Shown here: piece after piece, positions 47,972 to 59,299 of the stretch | Numbering within the stretch: the first letter of the stretch is position 1 | Layout: each line of letters opens with the position of its first letter | Source of the DNA: Blepharisma stoltei ATCC 30299 | Taxonomy: Eukaryota > Protista > Ciliophora | NCBI GenBank assembly: GCA_965603825.1 | Contig: CBFDEM010000049.1 | Location: 5,578-69,577, forward strand | Direction: 5' to 3' | DNA length: 64,000 nt | Program-made: the position numbers and the translations under genes | The notes under the pieces: generated by a model | What the model was told of the DNA's origin: nothing | Seen by the model: only the letters and a program-made list of their open reading frames with translations | Databases searched by the model: none

Positions 47972-50863
47972 TTAAACTAAAGGATACTTCGGAAATTTTA
48001 TAATCCACTTGAAATCCATCGTCACTTCTACCCTGCAGTCGCTTCCGTTTGAAATAGACTCTTCTTTTTCAACACACTGGACTTTCCGAGGGTTCATCGC
48101 CTCTTCTTCTAGCACATCAATCAGGTATTCGCACCGTTCTTCAAGTTCGTCAAGACTTTTAGACTGGAATCAGACGTTGAACCGGAACTCAGGAGACTCT
48201 TGGATTTTTATCTTTATGTCGTCCCAGCTCCCATATTCCATTTCTAGCAGACATTTCACTAAAAACAAGTCCTCTTCCTTCGAAAAATTGGTAGGTTCTT
48301 GGTCTTCAGGGTAGCTTAAAGTTAGCCCACCTTCAGACCGGCTTCGTTTTGCCTTTAAAATCACGTCGATTTCGGCAAGTCTTTCTCTGTCCAGTTCTCC
48401 TTGGTTGATTCTTTCTACAAATTCCTCGCCGTTTGGCAGGTTTTTATACTTCCTCCAAAAGTGCTTGGAATATTTGACCACTTCCCTGATGCTTTTTGTG
48501 CCGATTTCTTCAGCGATTTTGTCAAACTCGTCTTTTCCATATATTTCGCAGGCTAAAATGAAATTATTGAAGTCCTTTTTTGTCCAGTTTAAAAATCCGT
48601 TTCTAAGCAAAGCTTTTCTTTGAGCTTTATCTTTATCAGTGAACCTTTCTGGCTTCTCAACTGGTGGGTCTCCTCGTCTTCTTTTGGTTTTTGTATTCAA
48701 AAATTCATTCCATTTATCTTCTTTATTGTCCAAATCGTCTAGTTCTTGCTCGTCAAAAAACTGGTGAGGGTGTCCTCCGTTGACTAGAGCCCTCCAGCCT
48801 TTTTTCTTATTTTTCTTATGCTGGTTGTTAAGATCTTTATTGACCTCATAAAGCTCGTTTTTCTTTCTGTTCCTTCTGCCTAGGCTGATATGGGTTTTTT
48901 CTACCTTTTTGTAGTCTTCGCCTTCAAAATGGTAAAGAGAGGCCCCATCAAAGCTTAAATTATTCAGGTTAAAAGCCTGCTCAATGTTTTTCAGCTCTTC
49001 ATTGATTTCTTCAGTCTTTTCTTGGGCGTACTTGAGGATTTTATCAATATCCTGATCAGGAATTGTGTTCCCAGTGCTTTTTAACACCTGCTGGGCGCCG
49101 AATTGGACGATGTTTTTCATGTCTTGGACAGATGGAGCTTTGTTTTGCTGTGTCAGTCCACCTCTTTGTATTACAAGATGATCCATTTTTAGCTTTTTGG
49201 CGGCCCGTTCTGCGATTTTTTCTTCGACAGTGCCTTCAGTGACGAACCTATACACAGTGACGGTTTGGGTTTGGCCAATTCTATGAGCTCGATCCATAGC
49301 TTGTAGATCAACCTGAGGGTTTCAGTCAGAATCATAAATTATCACAGTATTGGCTGCATGCAAATTGATCCCCAGACCTCCAGCCCTTGTAGATAAAATA
49401 AAAATTTTAACGTCAGACTCACGGTTTTGGAATTTTTCTATTTGAAGTTCTCGGTCTATGTATGGGGTATTCCCGTCAATCCTGCAGTACTTGTAGCCTT
49501 TATAGCTTAAAAAGTCGTCGAGGATGTCTAAAAGCCTGGTCATTTGTGTAAAAATCAAAATTTTGGAGCCTTTTTCGATTAATCGTGGGATCAGTTTGTC
49601 GAGAAATTTAAATTTCATGCAAGCTTCAACCAAGTGAGGTCCGTCTGCATAAGGAGGGCCTGGCTCTATGCCGTCAAACAGATATGGGTGATTGCAGACC
49701 TTCCTGAGCTGCATAATGGTGTTCATATATTGACTCCTTTCGCCAAACCCATTGACGACCTCTATATTTTTGGTCAATAAATTTTTATAAAGCTCCCTCT
49801 GGGCATCTGTCATGCCTAAAAATACATAAAGTTCCTTTTTGGGCGGCAGCTTGGTCTCTACCTCTTTTTTAAGCCTTCTCAGCATAAAAGGCCTCAGAAT
49901 CCTATGGAGCTGCCTTACTAGAAACTCTTGATCATCTTGGTTATGAGCGCCGCTCAAGTTAAACCAAGTGTCAAAATCCTGAGAACTTGAAAAAGTAGCT
50001 GGCATCAGAAAATTCAGCAGAGACCAAAGCTCATGCAAGCTATTCTGCAGCGGTGTCCCTGTTATCAACAGTCTATGTTTAGTCGAAAAAAGCCTTACAA
50101 TCTGTGATAAAACTGACTTCTCATTTTTAATCCTATGAGCTTCATCTATTATCAGATAATTCCACTTCACAGTCTTCAAAGTCGTCTTTTCAGCCATGAC
50201 TATTTCATAGGTGGTCAATAGGACGAAATACGTGTTCGTTCTGGGGACTTTTGCTCTCAACTGTTCTCGCTCCTCTTGGTTCCCATAAAATTCGAAAATT
50301 TGTAGAGAAGGAGCCCAGTGCTTGAATTCTTTGACTCAGTTAGAAAGGGTGCTTTTAGGGACTATGATTATGTTAGGGGAGGTTTCGCCTTGTATATAAA
50401 TCTGAGCGAGAAGGGAGATTGTTTGTAAAGTCTTGCCTAAGCCCATTTCGTCAGCGAGGACTCCGTTGATGTTGCAGGCGTGCATTTTAAGCAGCCAGTT
50501 GAGGCCTTCTAATTGATAATCACGCAGTGTGCCACCTACGATGGTTGCTGGTTGGGATTCAAGCCTGGTAGTATATAGTGAGTTATCAGAACTGATGAGA
50601 TCTTTTTCATCTTCATTTTCAGGACCGTGGTGACGCTTTCCATGCTCCACGTCGCTAGAAGTCCGTTGGTGGAACTGGCTGAGGTTGCGAGTGTAGGTGT
50701 CTATTTCGTTCATGAGGTACTGAAGCTTGGTTTGAGAATCAATAGGAGCCATAATGGGAGGTCCTCCAGCATTTGACTCAGGAATATACTCCGTGTCTTT
50801 GTCGCTGTAGTTAAACTCTTCTTCTTTATAAACTCCACGCATCTCTGTTTCTCGTCCAGCCAT
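47972..50863 (-). CDS. ISWI: ISWI chromatin-remodelling ATPase
   Basis: LADEMGLGKTLQ, STLSN[W], DEAHRIKNE, LSTRAGGLGINL, YDSD[W]NPQVDLQAMDRAHRIGQ and a SANT/SLIDE-like C-terminus, all in one frame with TGA=Trp. Confidence 0.95.
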
Positions 50864-51989
50864 GATTATTAAATCTTAGATTTTTTAGTTAGGCAAAGAA
50901 GCTGTAAATTTGTATTTAAATCAAAAAAGGGGAATTATTTTAAGTAATTTATCATGAGAAATTATATGGCTTATTAAGGACATTAAATTCAGTAGTTATT
51001 TGAAAATTAGTTGGTTTTGGGGAAGGGCAAGAGATCTTTTAATATTATCAACAATTATTTCAATTTTTATTTGAAGTTGGCTATAGAAACTTCTTTATTA
51101 TGCATTGGGTAAGGAGCTTGTCCATATCGTTTTCTTAATGGCTCAATGCTTTGGGAGGATATAATGGCAGTATCAATTTTTAAATCTTAAACCCAAGCTC
51201 TTAGAAGCTGCCTCTAGCGAGACTTTTTCCTTAGAGTTGGGAGCTTTCTTTCGCTTTTTCTTCATTTTCAAACAAAAATTTATCATTATTTAGAATAACT
51301 TATAAATTTAGATTTGTAGCAAACATAATGGAGACATTTTCATTCTCAATTTGATAATTCCTTTTTATCTTTGCAACAACAAAAAAATCGATATTTGTCG
51401 CTTGTGTAGGACTCAGATTTTTGCAAACAAAGAAAAGGATAGCTCCTCTCATTATTTAGCAATGCTTGAGCTAAAGCCTTATGAGATTTTACTACAATCT
51501 GTAGCATTTATTCTTCTACATAAATACTTTATCGTGTCCTTTTTGCCAATAAAGTCAATGGCAATCGAAGAGCATTTTATAGGGCTTATAATGAAATTTT
51601 AATTAAATTATTAATTTTAAGTACCTTAGACTGCATGAATTAGCAGTCCCGGTTTTTCGCATCTTTTCAAAGATTTCTTCTAATGCCAAAAGGATTAGCT
51701 GAAATATATACAGTAAACCTGCGCAAAAAGACTTAGACCTGAATTAAAAAATATTTGATCTTATTCAAAAGCGCACATAAACAAGCTTAAAGAAAGATAC
51801 GATTTATTTTCAAGAACCTTTCCCTCTCACAAATTGCTTATTACATAGGATTTAGTAGCAGCATTTACGCGAGCCAAGCACAACCTAAAATAGTGTCCCA
51901 AATCCTGGCTCTATCAAGCAACTTAATAAAATACTATTTGATATTAAATATTCCATTTGAAATATAAATCTCAAAGGTGAAACTATTAA

Positions 51990-52524
51990 TTATAAATTGC
52001 CCTGGCTGCTTCCGCTTTTCATATGGCTATGATTTATCCTGCTTAGATTAGATTGATTTATGAAGCTTTGCTTTAGTTGGCTGTCATCGGTCTCATTTCC
52101 GGAAAGATCTGAAGGAGAATAGCTAGTATTTACATAAGCTTTTTCTTTTGTGATCTGAATAAGAAATTACCTCATGCAGCTTTTTCCAATTTTCAATTAG
52201 CGACTCGAAAATTGCCTTTTTAGAGCTTGAATCATCTATATAATAATCGTAATCAAAAGTAGCGCTTTCTTCTCCTCCTTCTTCCTCGCCTTCTCCTTCC
52301 TCTTCTTCTTCTTCTTCCTCTTCTTCTCCTTCCTCTCCTTCTTCGCCTTCTTCGCCTTCTTCTTGACTTCCTTCCTCTTCATCATTCTCCCCATCATTTT
52401 CTTCTGAAGTTTCACCCTTTTGTGTTTCCTCTTTATCTTCAGGGAAATTGGATAGCTCTTTTCTTAGTTTAACATTTTCAGCTTTATCTTTTTCTTCAGT
52501 TTTCCTACTCTCAGCACAACCCAT
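51990..52524 (-). CDS. Acidic protein with MGC (myristoylation/palmitoylation-like) start and one 16-nt intron
   Basis: Intron GTAATTTCTTATTCAG (52155-52170) leads into an open frame ending in TAA at 51990; Glu/Gly tract. Confidence 0.7.
52155..52170 (-). other. 16-nt intron
   Basis: GT..AG with A at -6. Confidence 0.7.
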
Positions 52525-52713
52525 TTATTTATATTTTAAATTTTTTTTGCAAAACTTAAATTTGATTAATTTCGCTGTTTTGAATTCTTAAATAACCAAT
52601 TTCACAAATAATTAAGTTTTTATAAATTTTCTATGGCATTCTTTAATATAAAACATAGTCCAATTTCCTCATAATAAATAGTCGTGCTATTATAATATAT
52701 TTGAAAACTAAAA

Positions 52714-53100
52714 ATGAATTGTTTTTCGATTTTTGACAAAAGTATTATCCAGCGATGCTTTCCTCGAAAAGACTTAGCTATAACTCCTCTCAATCAAGCA
52801 ACCCTAACTCTAGAAGAAGAGCAGTCTCCTCAACCTACAAAATTTGAGCCTATGCCTGAAAGCGTGATTCCTATTCAAATAAGCCAGAAAAGGCAGGAAG
52901 ACGACTCTTCACTGCTTGACAACATGCTAAAGAATATTGAGCCGAAGTATTCAGCCCCCAAAAAAGTAAATTTTATTGTTTTGACTAAAGATGTTGATAG
53001 AAATGGAGAGAGGAGGCCTGAATCCAAAAGTAGGTTTGACTTAGAAGAAGATGAATTCAAAGATCTAGGTGATGAGCCTGAAGATTTGAAGCTTGGCTAA
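52714..53100 (+). CDS. Hypothetical protein
   Basis: 128-aa ORF from ATG to TAA. Confidence 0.6.
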   Translation: MNCFSIFDKSIIQRCFPRKDLAITPLNQATLTLEEEQSPQPTKFEPMPESVIPIQISQKRQEDDSSLLDNMLKNIEPKYSAPKKVNFIVLTKDVDRNGERRPESKSRFDLEEDEFKDLGDEPEDLKLG

Positions 53101-53401
53101 AATTGCAAGGTGTAATTAAAAATGGGGGTAGCCTAGAATTTTATAAGGAATTTTCTTAAAGGAATTTATTAAGCTTAGTTTTCTCAGGTTGAAAGTTTAT
53201 CATTTCCAGGCTTATTTAGTATTAATTTTGATATAAATTTTTAATAAACTTTAGAAGTTTATGAGAAATTCATTGTTTTATTTTATTTATCATCCATAAG
53301 GGTTTTATAATAGAAAAACCTGCATTAAGACTGAAACTTCTAAAACATCTCAAAGTAAAATCAGGAATTTTATATAAAGAAGGCCAATTAATTATGTAAA
53401 A

Positions 53402-54634
53402 TTATTCGAGACTCATACTTAAAGAATCAGGCGGAAGAGTATAATATGAAATTTTACCAGCCACCCAATCATGAAGCACTATCTTGGCCGAAGCATCAAG
53501 GTCAGGGATCCCTCCTTTCTTCATCTTTCCTCTCGCCCTAGCGATGTGAGCCAGAAACTCAATTCCTTCTTGAAATTGAGGGATTTTATAATAATTCATC
53601 AATTGATCTGGAGCCACTTTCTGCAGAATAGCTTGAACTGGAGTGATAGGATCTTCTACGCTTTCTATATTAATCACATTTCTTAGAACCATTTCTGGGT
53701 TTTCTCTCCCATCACTTTTCGCAAAGACAACTCCAGGACAGTCCAAAATTTTAATTTTGCTTTCAATTTCCACCTCTTGGACTCCTGTTGTAAAACCAGG
53801 GGTGCTTGAGACTCCTACCACTTTGGTTCTTTTTAGACTGTTAATCAAGCTGCTTTTTCCTACATTTGGGTATCCAGCCACTCCAATGGTGACTGCTGTC
53901 ATAACATTTCCGCTTCTCATATAGTTTTTAATCAATCCCATCAAAGCTTCAGAGCCCACAGTCTTTTTTGAGTCAAGAATATCATTGGCTAGCTCTGTGT
54001 TTACGTTTTTTCTGTGTAAATTTGACGAACTCAAACCTTTTTGCTGATTTTGTGTATTGCATCTAAAAAGCACAACTGGCAGATATTGGCTTAAATGATT
54101 ATACCAGCCCAAAGCTACGTCTCCAGGGACAAGATCGATTTTATTGAGCACTATGATAATTTTCTTGTGCCCGAAAGACAGGACCTTATTCTCAAGCTCT
54201 ATGCTTCGACAGCCAAGTGGGTCTCGGGCGTCTAAGACTTCAAGGATAATATCAGAGGATTCAATGACTTGGGTGATGTCTTTGTGGTAGGATTTCATGG
54301 AGTGGTCTGTGTAGGTCTTGACCTCTTCTTCCTCTTCTTTGCTGGTATAAAGCTGGGCTTTTGATTGAGCCTCGATCACTTTGTCAAGTAAGCTTTGGTG
54401 TCTTGATGCTTCTTGGCTGCTGGATAAAGCCTGGATTTGTCTTTCTCTCTCTTCAGTCGGCTTTTTTCTTTTGAGCTCTTCAAGCAGCTTCTTTTTGAAT
54501 TCGCCAACTCTTGGGAGATCAGGGGTTTTTTTAAGCTTGCAGACTGGGATTGCTTTGTATTTGTTGTTTTTCATGGTAGGGTGGGGTTTTTTCTTCTTGT
54601 TGTTTTGCTTGTCTATGTGGTAATTACCTTTCAT
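53402..54634 (-). CDS. GNL3: Nucleostemin/Nug1-family circularly permuted GTPase
   Basis: LDARDPLGCR, LNKIDLVP, GYPNVGKSSLINSLKR, LDCPGVV and KKGGIPD, with a basic N-terminus. Confidence 0.9.
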   Translation of the reverse strand: MKGNYHIDKQNNKKKKPHPTMKNNKYKAIPVCKLKKTPDLPRVGEFKKKLLEELKRKKPTEERERQIQALSSSQEASRHQSLLDKVIEAQSKAQLYTSKEEEEEVKTYTDHSMKSYHKDITQVIESSDIILEVLDARDPLGCRSIELENKVLSFGHKKIIIVLNKIDLVPGDVALGWYNHLSQYLPVVLFRCNTQNQQKGLSSSNLHRKNVNTELANDILDSKKTVGSEALMGLIKNYMRSGNVMTAVTIGVAGYPNVGKSSLINSLKRTKVVGVSSTPGFTTGVQEVEIESKIKILDCPGVVFAKSDGRENPEMVLRNVINIESVEDPITPVQAILQKVAPDQLMNYYKIPQFQEGIEFLAHIARARGKMKKGGIPDLDASAKIVLHDWVAGKISYYTLPPDSLSMSLE

Positions 54635-54709
54635 TAGCCCTATTTATTTTCTGTGAATTTATATAATCATGTAAAATCAATAGAAATCTTAAATTAACTG
54701 TAATTAACC

Positions 54710-56077
54710 TTATTTTTTTCTTTTTCTCCCTGAGGATGGCTGAAAAGTGCAGCCTTCTAATTCTGCTTGTTCCCTCATCAATTTTAGCTTGCTTGCTTTT
54801 AGTTCTTTTAATTGAGCAGTCCACATGAGTCTTTCATATACATCTTGTGGCATTGAGGATCTCCTTTTTTCTGCTAATTTTGCTGATCTTGGATTAATTA
54901 GCACAATTTTTTCTTCCACAACAGGCTTGGCCTCTTTCTTTAGTAGATGGGCTTTGTCTTCTACATTCAGTGACTGCATCAATTCTCCCATATGCTCCAT
55001 AAACCTATCAAAGTCATTTTCTTCTTTGCTCTCTTCGAGAAAGTTCAAATATGGAGTCAAAATCACAATACTTTTTACGTCTAAGTGCTCGATTTTTATT
55101 GAGTTAGACGATATCAACCCATCACTATCATAGTCTAAAGACTTAAATAGCTGCTCAAGCTGCTTCCTCTGGAAATTCCTAAAGATTTTTTGAGACTCCT
55201 CACATACTTTTTTGGCAGTGCTGCTTGCTTCCCAGAATTTCTGGGTTTTTTCTAAATTTTCCTGCTGTTTTGCAGTTTGGTTATCTTTCAGTGAATAAAG
55301 ATAGTCCCAAATAGACCCATTTCTAGACCTGCTCGTCCTAGATCCATTATTAATAGTAGGATGAAACAGTTCCTGCCCATTTGTTTGGTCAACTGACGCT
55401 TCTAGAGATTCTAATTGTTTTTTCCGCGCTTTCATGTCTTCATAAAACTTTTTTTTGGAGTTATAAAGTCTTTCAAAGATAGCTTCCTTTGATTCAGACG
55501 AGTTCCTGATATGACTTTGAATTCTAGGCCTAAAGGAGCATTGGCTAGTGCTTTGTTCAGACAATGAGCTGTTTCTAGACCTTCTTTCTCCAGCATCGTT
55601 ATATAGGTCAGAGTACACGTCTCTGCTTGAAGATCGGCTTCTAGAAGTCCTTGATCCGCTTATTGTAGGCTTGAATGAGCATTCGCTGAGCTCAGCATTT
55701 TGTTTTGCTTCTTTTAATTCGCTTATATGGCTTTTATATGTTTTTCCAGCTTCTATAAGCAGGTCTTCAGCTTTTAAGTTTGGTCTCCGCAGCATCTGCT
55801 TGGAAGCTTTGTCGATGGTTGGGCGGAAAGTTTCGTTTTTTTTCCTCTCGTCCTCGATTTTCTTACGCTCGATTTCGATGATTTTCATAGTTTCCTGCTT
55901 GAATTTCAGACCTTTCGCATAAAAGTCAGTTTTTAATTTTGGGGTAGAATTGGTGCTAGTAGTTTTTTTGAAACTTCCAGACTCTGAAGAAGACAAGGAT
56001 CTTGAAAGGGCTTGCTTCGTATTTTTATAGAGTCGATGGTAGATACTTCCTCTTGTTTTTTTACTAGAGCTCGACAT
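54710..56077 (-). CDS. Repeat protein with CxFxP and YxRLY motifs and an EF-hand-like loop
   Basis: TFRPTI, CSFKPTI, CSFRPRI, LFHPTI and CTFQP motifs; LDYDSDGLIS loop. Confidence 0.7.
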   Translation of the reverse strand: MSSSSKKTRGSIYHRLYKNTKQALSRSLSSSESGSFKKTTSTNSTPKLKTDFYAKGLKFKQETMKIIEIERKKIEDERKKNETFRPTIDKASKQMLRRPNLKAEDLLIEAGKTYKSHISELKEAKQNAELSECSFKPTISGSRTSRSRSSSRDVYSDLYNDAGERRSRNSSLSEQSTSQCSFRPRIQSHIRNSSESKEAIFERLYNSKKKFYEDMKARKKQLESLEASVDQTNGQELFHPTINNGSRTSRSRNGSIWDYLYSLKDNQTAKQQENLEKTQKFWEASSTAKKVCEESQKIFRNFQRKQLEQLFKSLDYDSDGLISSNSIKIEHLDVKSIVILTPYLNFLEESKEENDFDRFMEHMGELMQSLNVEDKAHLLKKEAKPVVEEKIVLINPRSAKLAEKRRSSMPQDVYERLMWTAQLKELKASKLKLMREQAELEGCTFQPSSGRKRKK

Positions 56078-56587
56078 TTAATTTTTTATATTAAAATGAA
56101 TTGGTTTATATGGAAATTGATAAAACCAGAGTTTTAATTGAAATTTCAGCATATGTACTCTATAAGCTGTTTTTGATCTCTGTAAAGCTGTTCTCCAAAG
56201 CAATAAATTAATCTAGATAATTAATGTAGTGAAAGTTTATGAACTAGTTATTGAATTTTGAGTTGGCTTTTCAACAAAATTGAAAATATCTTCTGCAACT
56301 ATTGAACATTAACTCACAGCGAAAATAGCAATAAATAGGCTTAATAGATTCATAAAGATTATTTTGATTTGAAAAAATACCTTGCTAAACTGAGAGTAAA
56401 TGATTATTAAGATACTTAATATAGCTTTTCTTATCTTTAAATAAATTGAGCAATATAATTAAAGCAAATTATTCATTAATAACAAAGTTTAAATGAGGAT
56501 TACTATTGTATAGGGTATCTGAAATTTATCCTAGATTTTATGCATTTGATAAATATGATTAGGCCGACATATTTAAAGGTTGTTTAA

Positions 56588-58989
56588 ATGCTCTCAAAGA
56601 GGCTCCTAAGGAACATTTATATACAAGGAAGAGGTGAAAACTTCCGCAAACTGTCAAAGGAAGAAAAGCTAGAGGCAGAGCGAAATTTTTATGAGGAGCT
56701 TCAAAAATCAAAAGGAACATTCCCAAAATTCCGAAATCCCCTATCAATCTTTAAATCACTTGGCTATCAGCTTGAACCACCTGTCGCCGATATCAAAGAA
56801 GCTGAAATAAATATCAAAGGAGATAGATTTATTGATGAGTACTCATGAATGCAAGATGACAATAATTACCAGCAGTGAGAAGACTACATTAAAGATGAAA
56901 CCATATACACAGAGTCATTCACAGCCAAAGACTTCTATACCATAAATGACCTCGTGAGAGAGTTTAGGGAAAGAGCTCCAAAGACCATCTTCCAGGTGGT
57001 CGAACAAAAAGGGTGTAATTTACATTTAGATATCTCTATACTTTTGAAAACAACTGCTTGGTAAGGAAATTTGGGGATACCGTTGAGGTCGTTTTAAGCT
57101 ATGAGGAAATGAAAAACCACCCAATTCTAAAATTCAATGAAAAGTTTCAGAGAATGCTTAAAGAAATTTCTTTTCCAATAGTAAACACTCAATTCTCACA
57201 TGATCATAGAATGATTGCCTTTTCAATACAAGTAGAGGAAAAGGTTGGAATCATTGTAAAAGATATGGTGAATAAGGCTATGACTGGATTTTTTGTTGAG
57301 GGCGTCGATGAATTTTGCATTTTTGATAAACTGTATGGACTTTATTATATTGAAAAAGATAATGATACTAATAAAGGGAAAAAGTGTTTTAGGGCAGATC
57401 TGAACCCTGAGTTATCAAAAGAAGAACAGATACTGAGAGAAGCTCAGCTAAAAATAGGCAAAACTTTTCTTGTTAAATCTGAGCTTATCTATGAAGAAAA
57501 AGATCCCAGCTTCAACGTTGAAGTATGTGATACTTTAAGTGCAGAATATATTTTGGTAAAAACCAGCAATATGCAAAATGACTTGAAGCTTATTTCCAAC
57601 GAAATTCGATTTAGGCCAAGCAACAGAGGCGATTTAGAATTTTTAATAATCCAAGAGAGAAAAGAAGGAGTGTTCTATGAAGTAAGGCATCAAGGCGAAA
57701 ATTTCTTTATTTTAGTAACATCTCTAGATGAGCCAAATAGAAAAGTGCTGAAGGCATCTATTCCTCCATATCATTCTTTTAATCCACCACAGGAACCTTT
57801 ATTGATTTCAGAATCCAAAGAGCTTATTGGGAGCTTTATAGGTGCAAAAACGCATATAGAGCATCGAAATAATATTTCTATTGACTATTTAGAGACTTAT
57901 AAAGAACACTCAGTTCAAGTACTGACTGATACAGAAACCTCTTTGCAGTACATTGAGGCTCAAAATCTCCTTTCTGGGACAACAGATATAGTAGCTTATG
58001 ATACTTATGAAGGCCAACTGAAAATTGCAAATAATAAATCATACAGGATCCATGTGATGCCTGAAAAGCAAGACTATCTTTCGCATTTTTTCAATTATAA
58101 ACTGTCAACTCTTCATTCTCCTAATAAAATAATCAAATACAACCTCAACTCAAAAGTAAATGAACTAATTGACCTTGAGCAGCACATAACTAATGTCCGG
58201 CTTGAAGATTATTCATCAGAAAGGATTGTTCTGCCTGCAACTGATAAGCAACTTATACCAGTTACCCTGGTTTATAATAAAAAATATGCAAAAAGTGGCA
58301 TGGAAGCGAATGTAATTTTGCATACTTTTGGAGGGGAAACAAAGAACACACATCAGTTTATGCTGGATTACACTTGGCTAAGCATGCTAGATAGGGGCTA
58401 TTTGTGGGCGATTCCACATATAAGGGGATCATATGATATTAATTATAGCTGGTATCAGAAAGGAATTCAAGCTAATAAGCTGAGGCATATACAAGACTTT
58501 TTAGATATTGGAGTTAGCATGGTAAGCGAAAAAATCGCTGGAAAATTGCATGCATATGGAGAAGGAAGCAGTGGAGGACTCACAGTAGCTTCAGCAATAA
58601 TGAAAGAGCCAAAAATATTTACTTCAGCAGTTTTAAAGGTAATTTCTATTTAGAATCCGATTCTTGATGTGATTTCTTATCTGAGAATTAAGAGAGATCT
58701 GTCGGAGTTTGGATCTTTAGATGATCCTGAGATCTACAAGATAATCAAAACATACTCTCCTTATCACGCTAACATGGAGCCACAGCATATGACCCAGCTT
58801 ATGCTTGCAGTTGATTTCGATAATGAGGCTACCTACCACGCCACAAAATTTATTGCAAAATTAAGGAAAAAGAATTTGGGAGAAAAAAATATTTTTCTAT
58901 ATAAAGAATATCCGACTTGGACAACTGATGATATTAAAAGAGCTGAAGAGTTTAGTTTCATAATTTCAAGTAATAAGCGTAAGAAATAG
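56588..58989 (+). CDS. Oligopeptidase B / prolyl oligopeptidase (S9A)-like protein with two tiny introns
   Basis: DEYS[W]M, beta-propeller region, DKQLIPVTLVY, LDRGYLWAIPHIRG, GSSGGL and AVLK|NPILDV. Introns end at 57029 and span 58639-58653; ends in TAG. Confidence 0.85.
57013..57029 (+). other. Tiny intron: 17 nt from GT at 57013 (the 15-nt donor at 57015 is out of frame)
   Basis: GTGTAATTTACATTTAG; only the 17-nt form joins the two reading frames. Confidence 0.6.
58639..58653 (+). other. 15-nt intron
   Basis: GTAATTTCTATTTAG; in-frame TAG if retained; removal restores AVLKNPILDV. Confidence 0.88.
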
Positions 58990-59299
58990 TTAAGTTCGCC
59001 TTCTTGCATTTAATTTAAGAATCTTTGTATGAAAATAATCAATTTTTAGGGTATAAAGCAGATATATAATCTGTTAAGCTGCTTTGTATAAAACATAATA
59101 TAAAATAGTTTATTGGAATAAGGAGGCGTTTAGACTAATTATTTTGTATGGAGATTTCATAAATATTTTTACTCTATTTGATTCGATCAATGCTTTTATT
59201 TAACTTTAATAAAATTAATTAAACCGATTAAGTAGTTCAAGTCCTTGCAAATAAGGCAGCATAAACAACGCTTTTTGCGATGAGGGAAGAAAAAAAGTT

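Noticed and set aside
52265-52400. Purine/pyrimidine microsatellite-like tract
   Set aside because: It encodes the Glu/Gly low-complexity region of the 51990-52524 gene.
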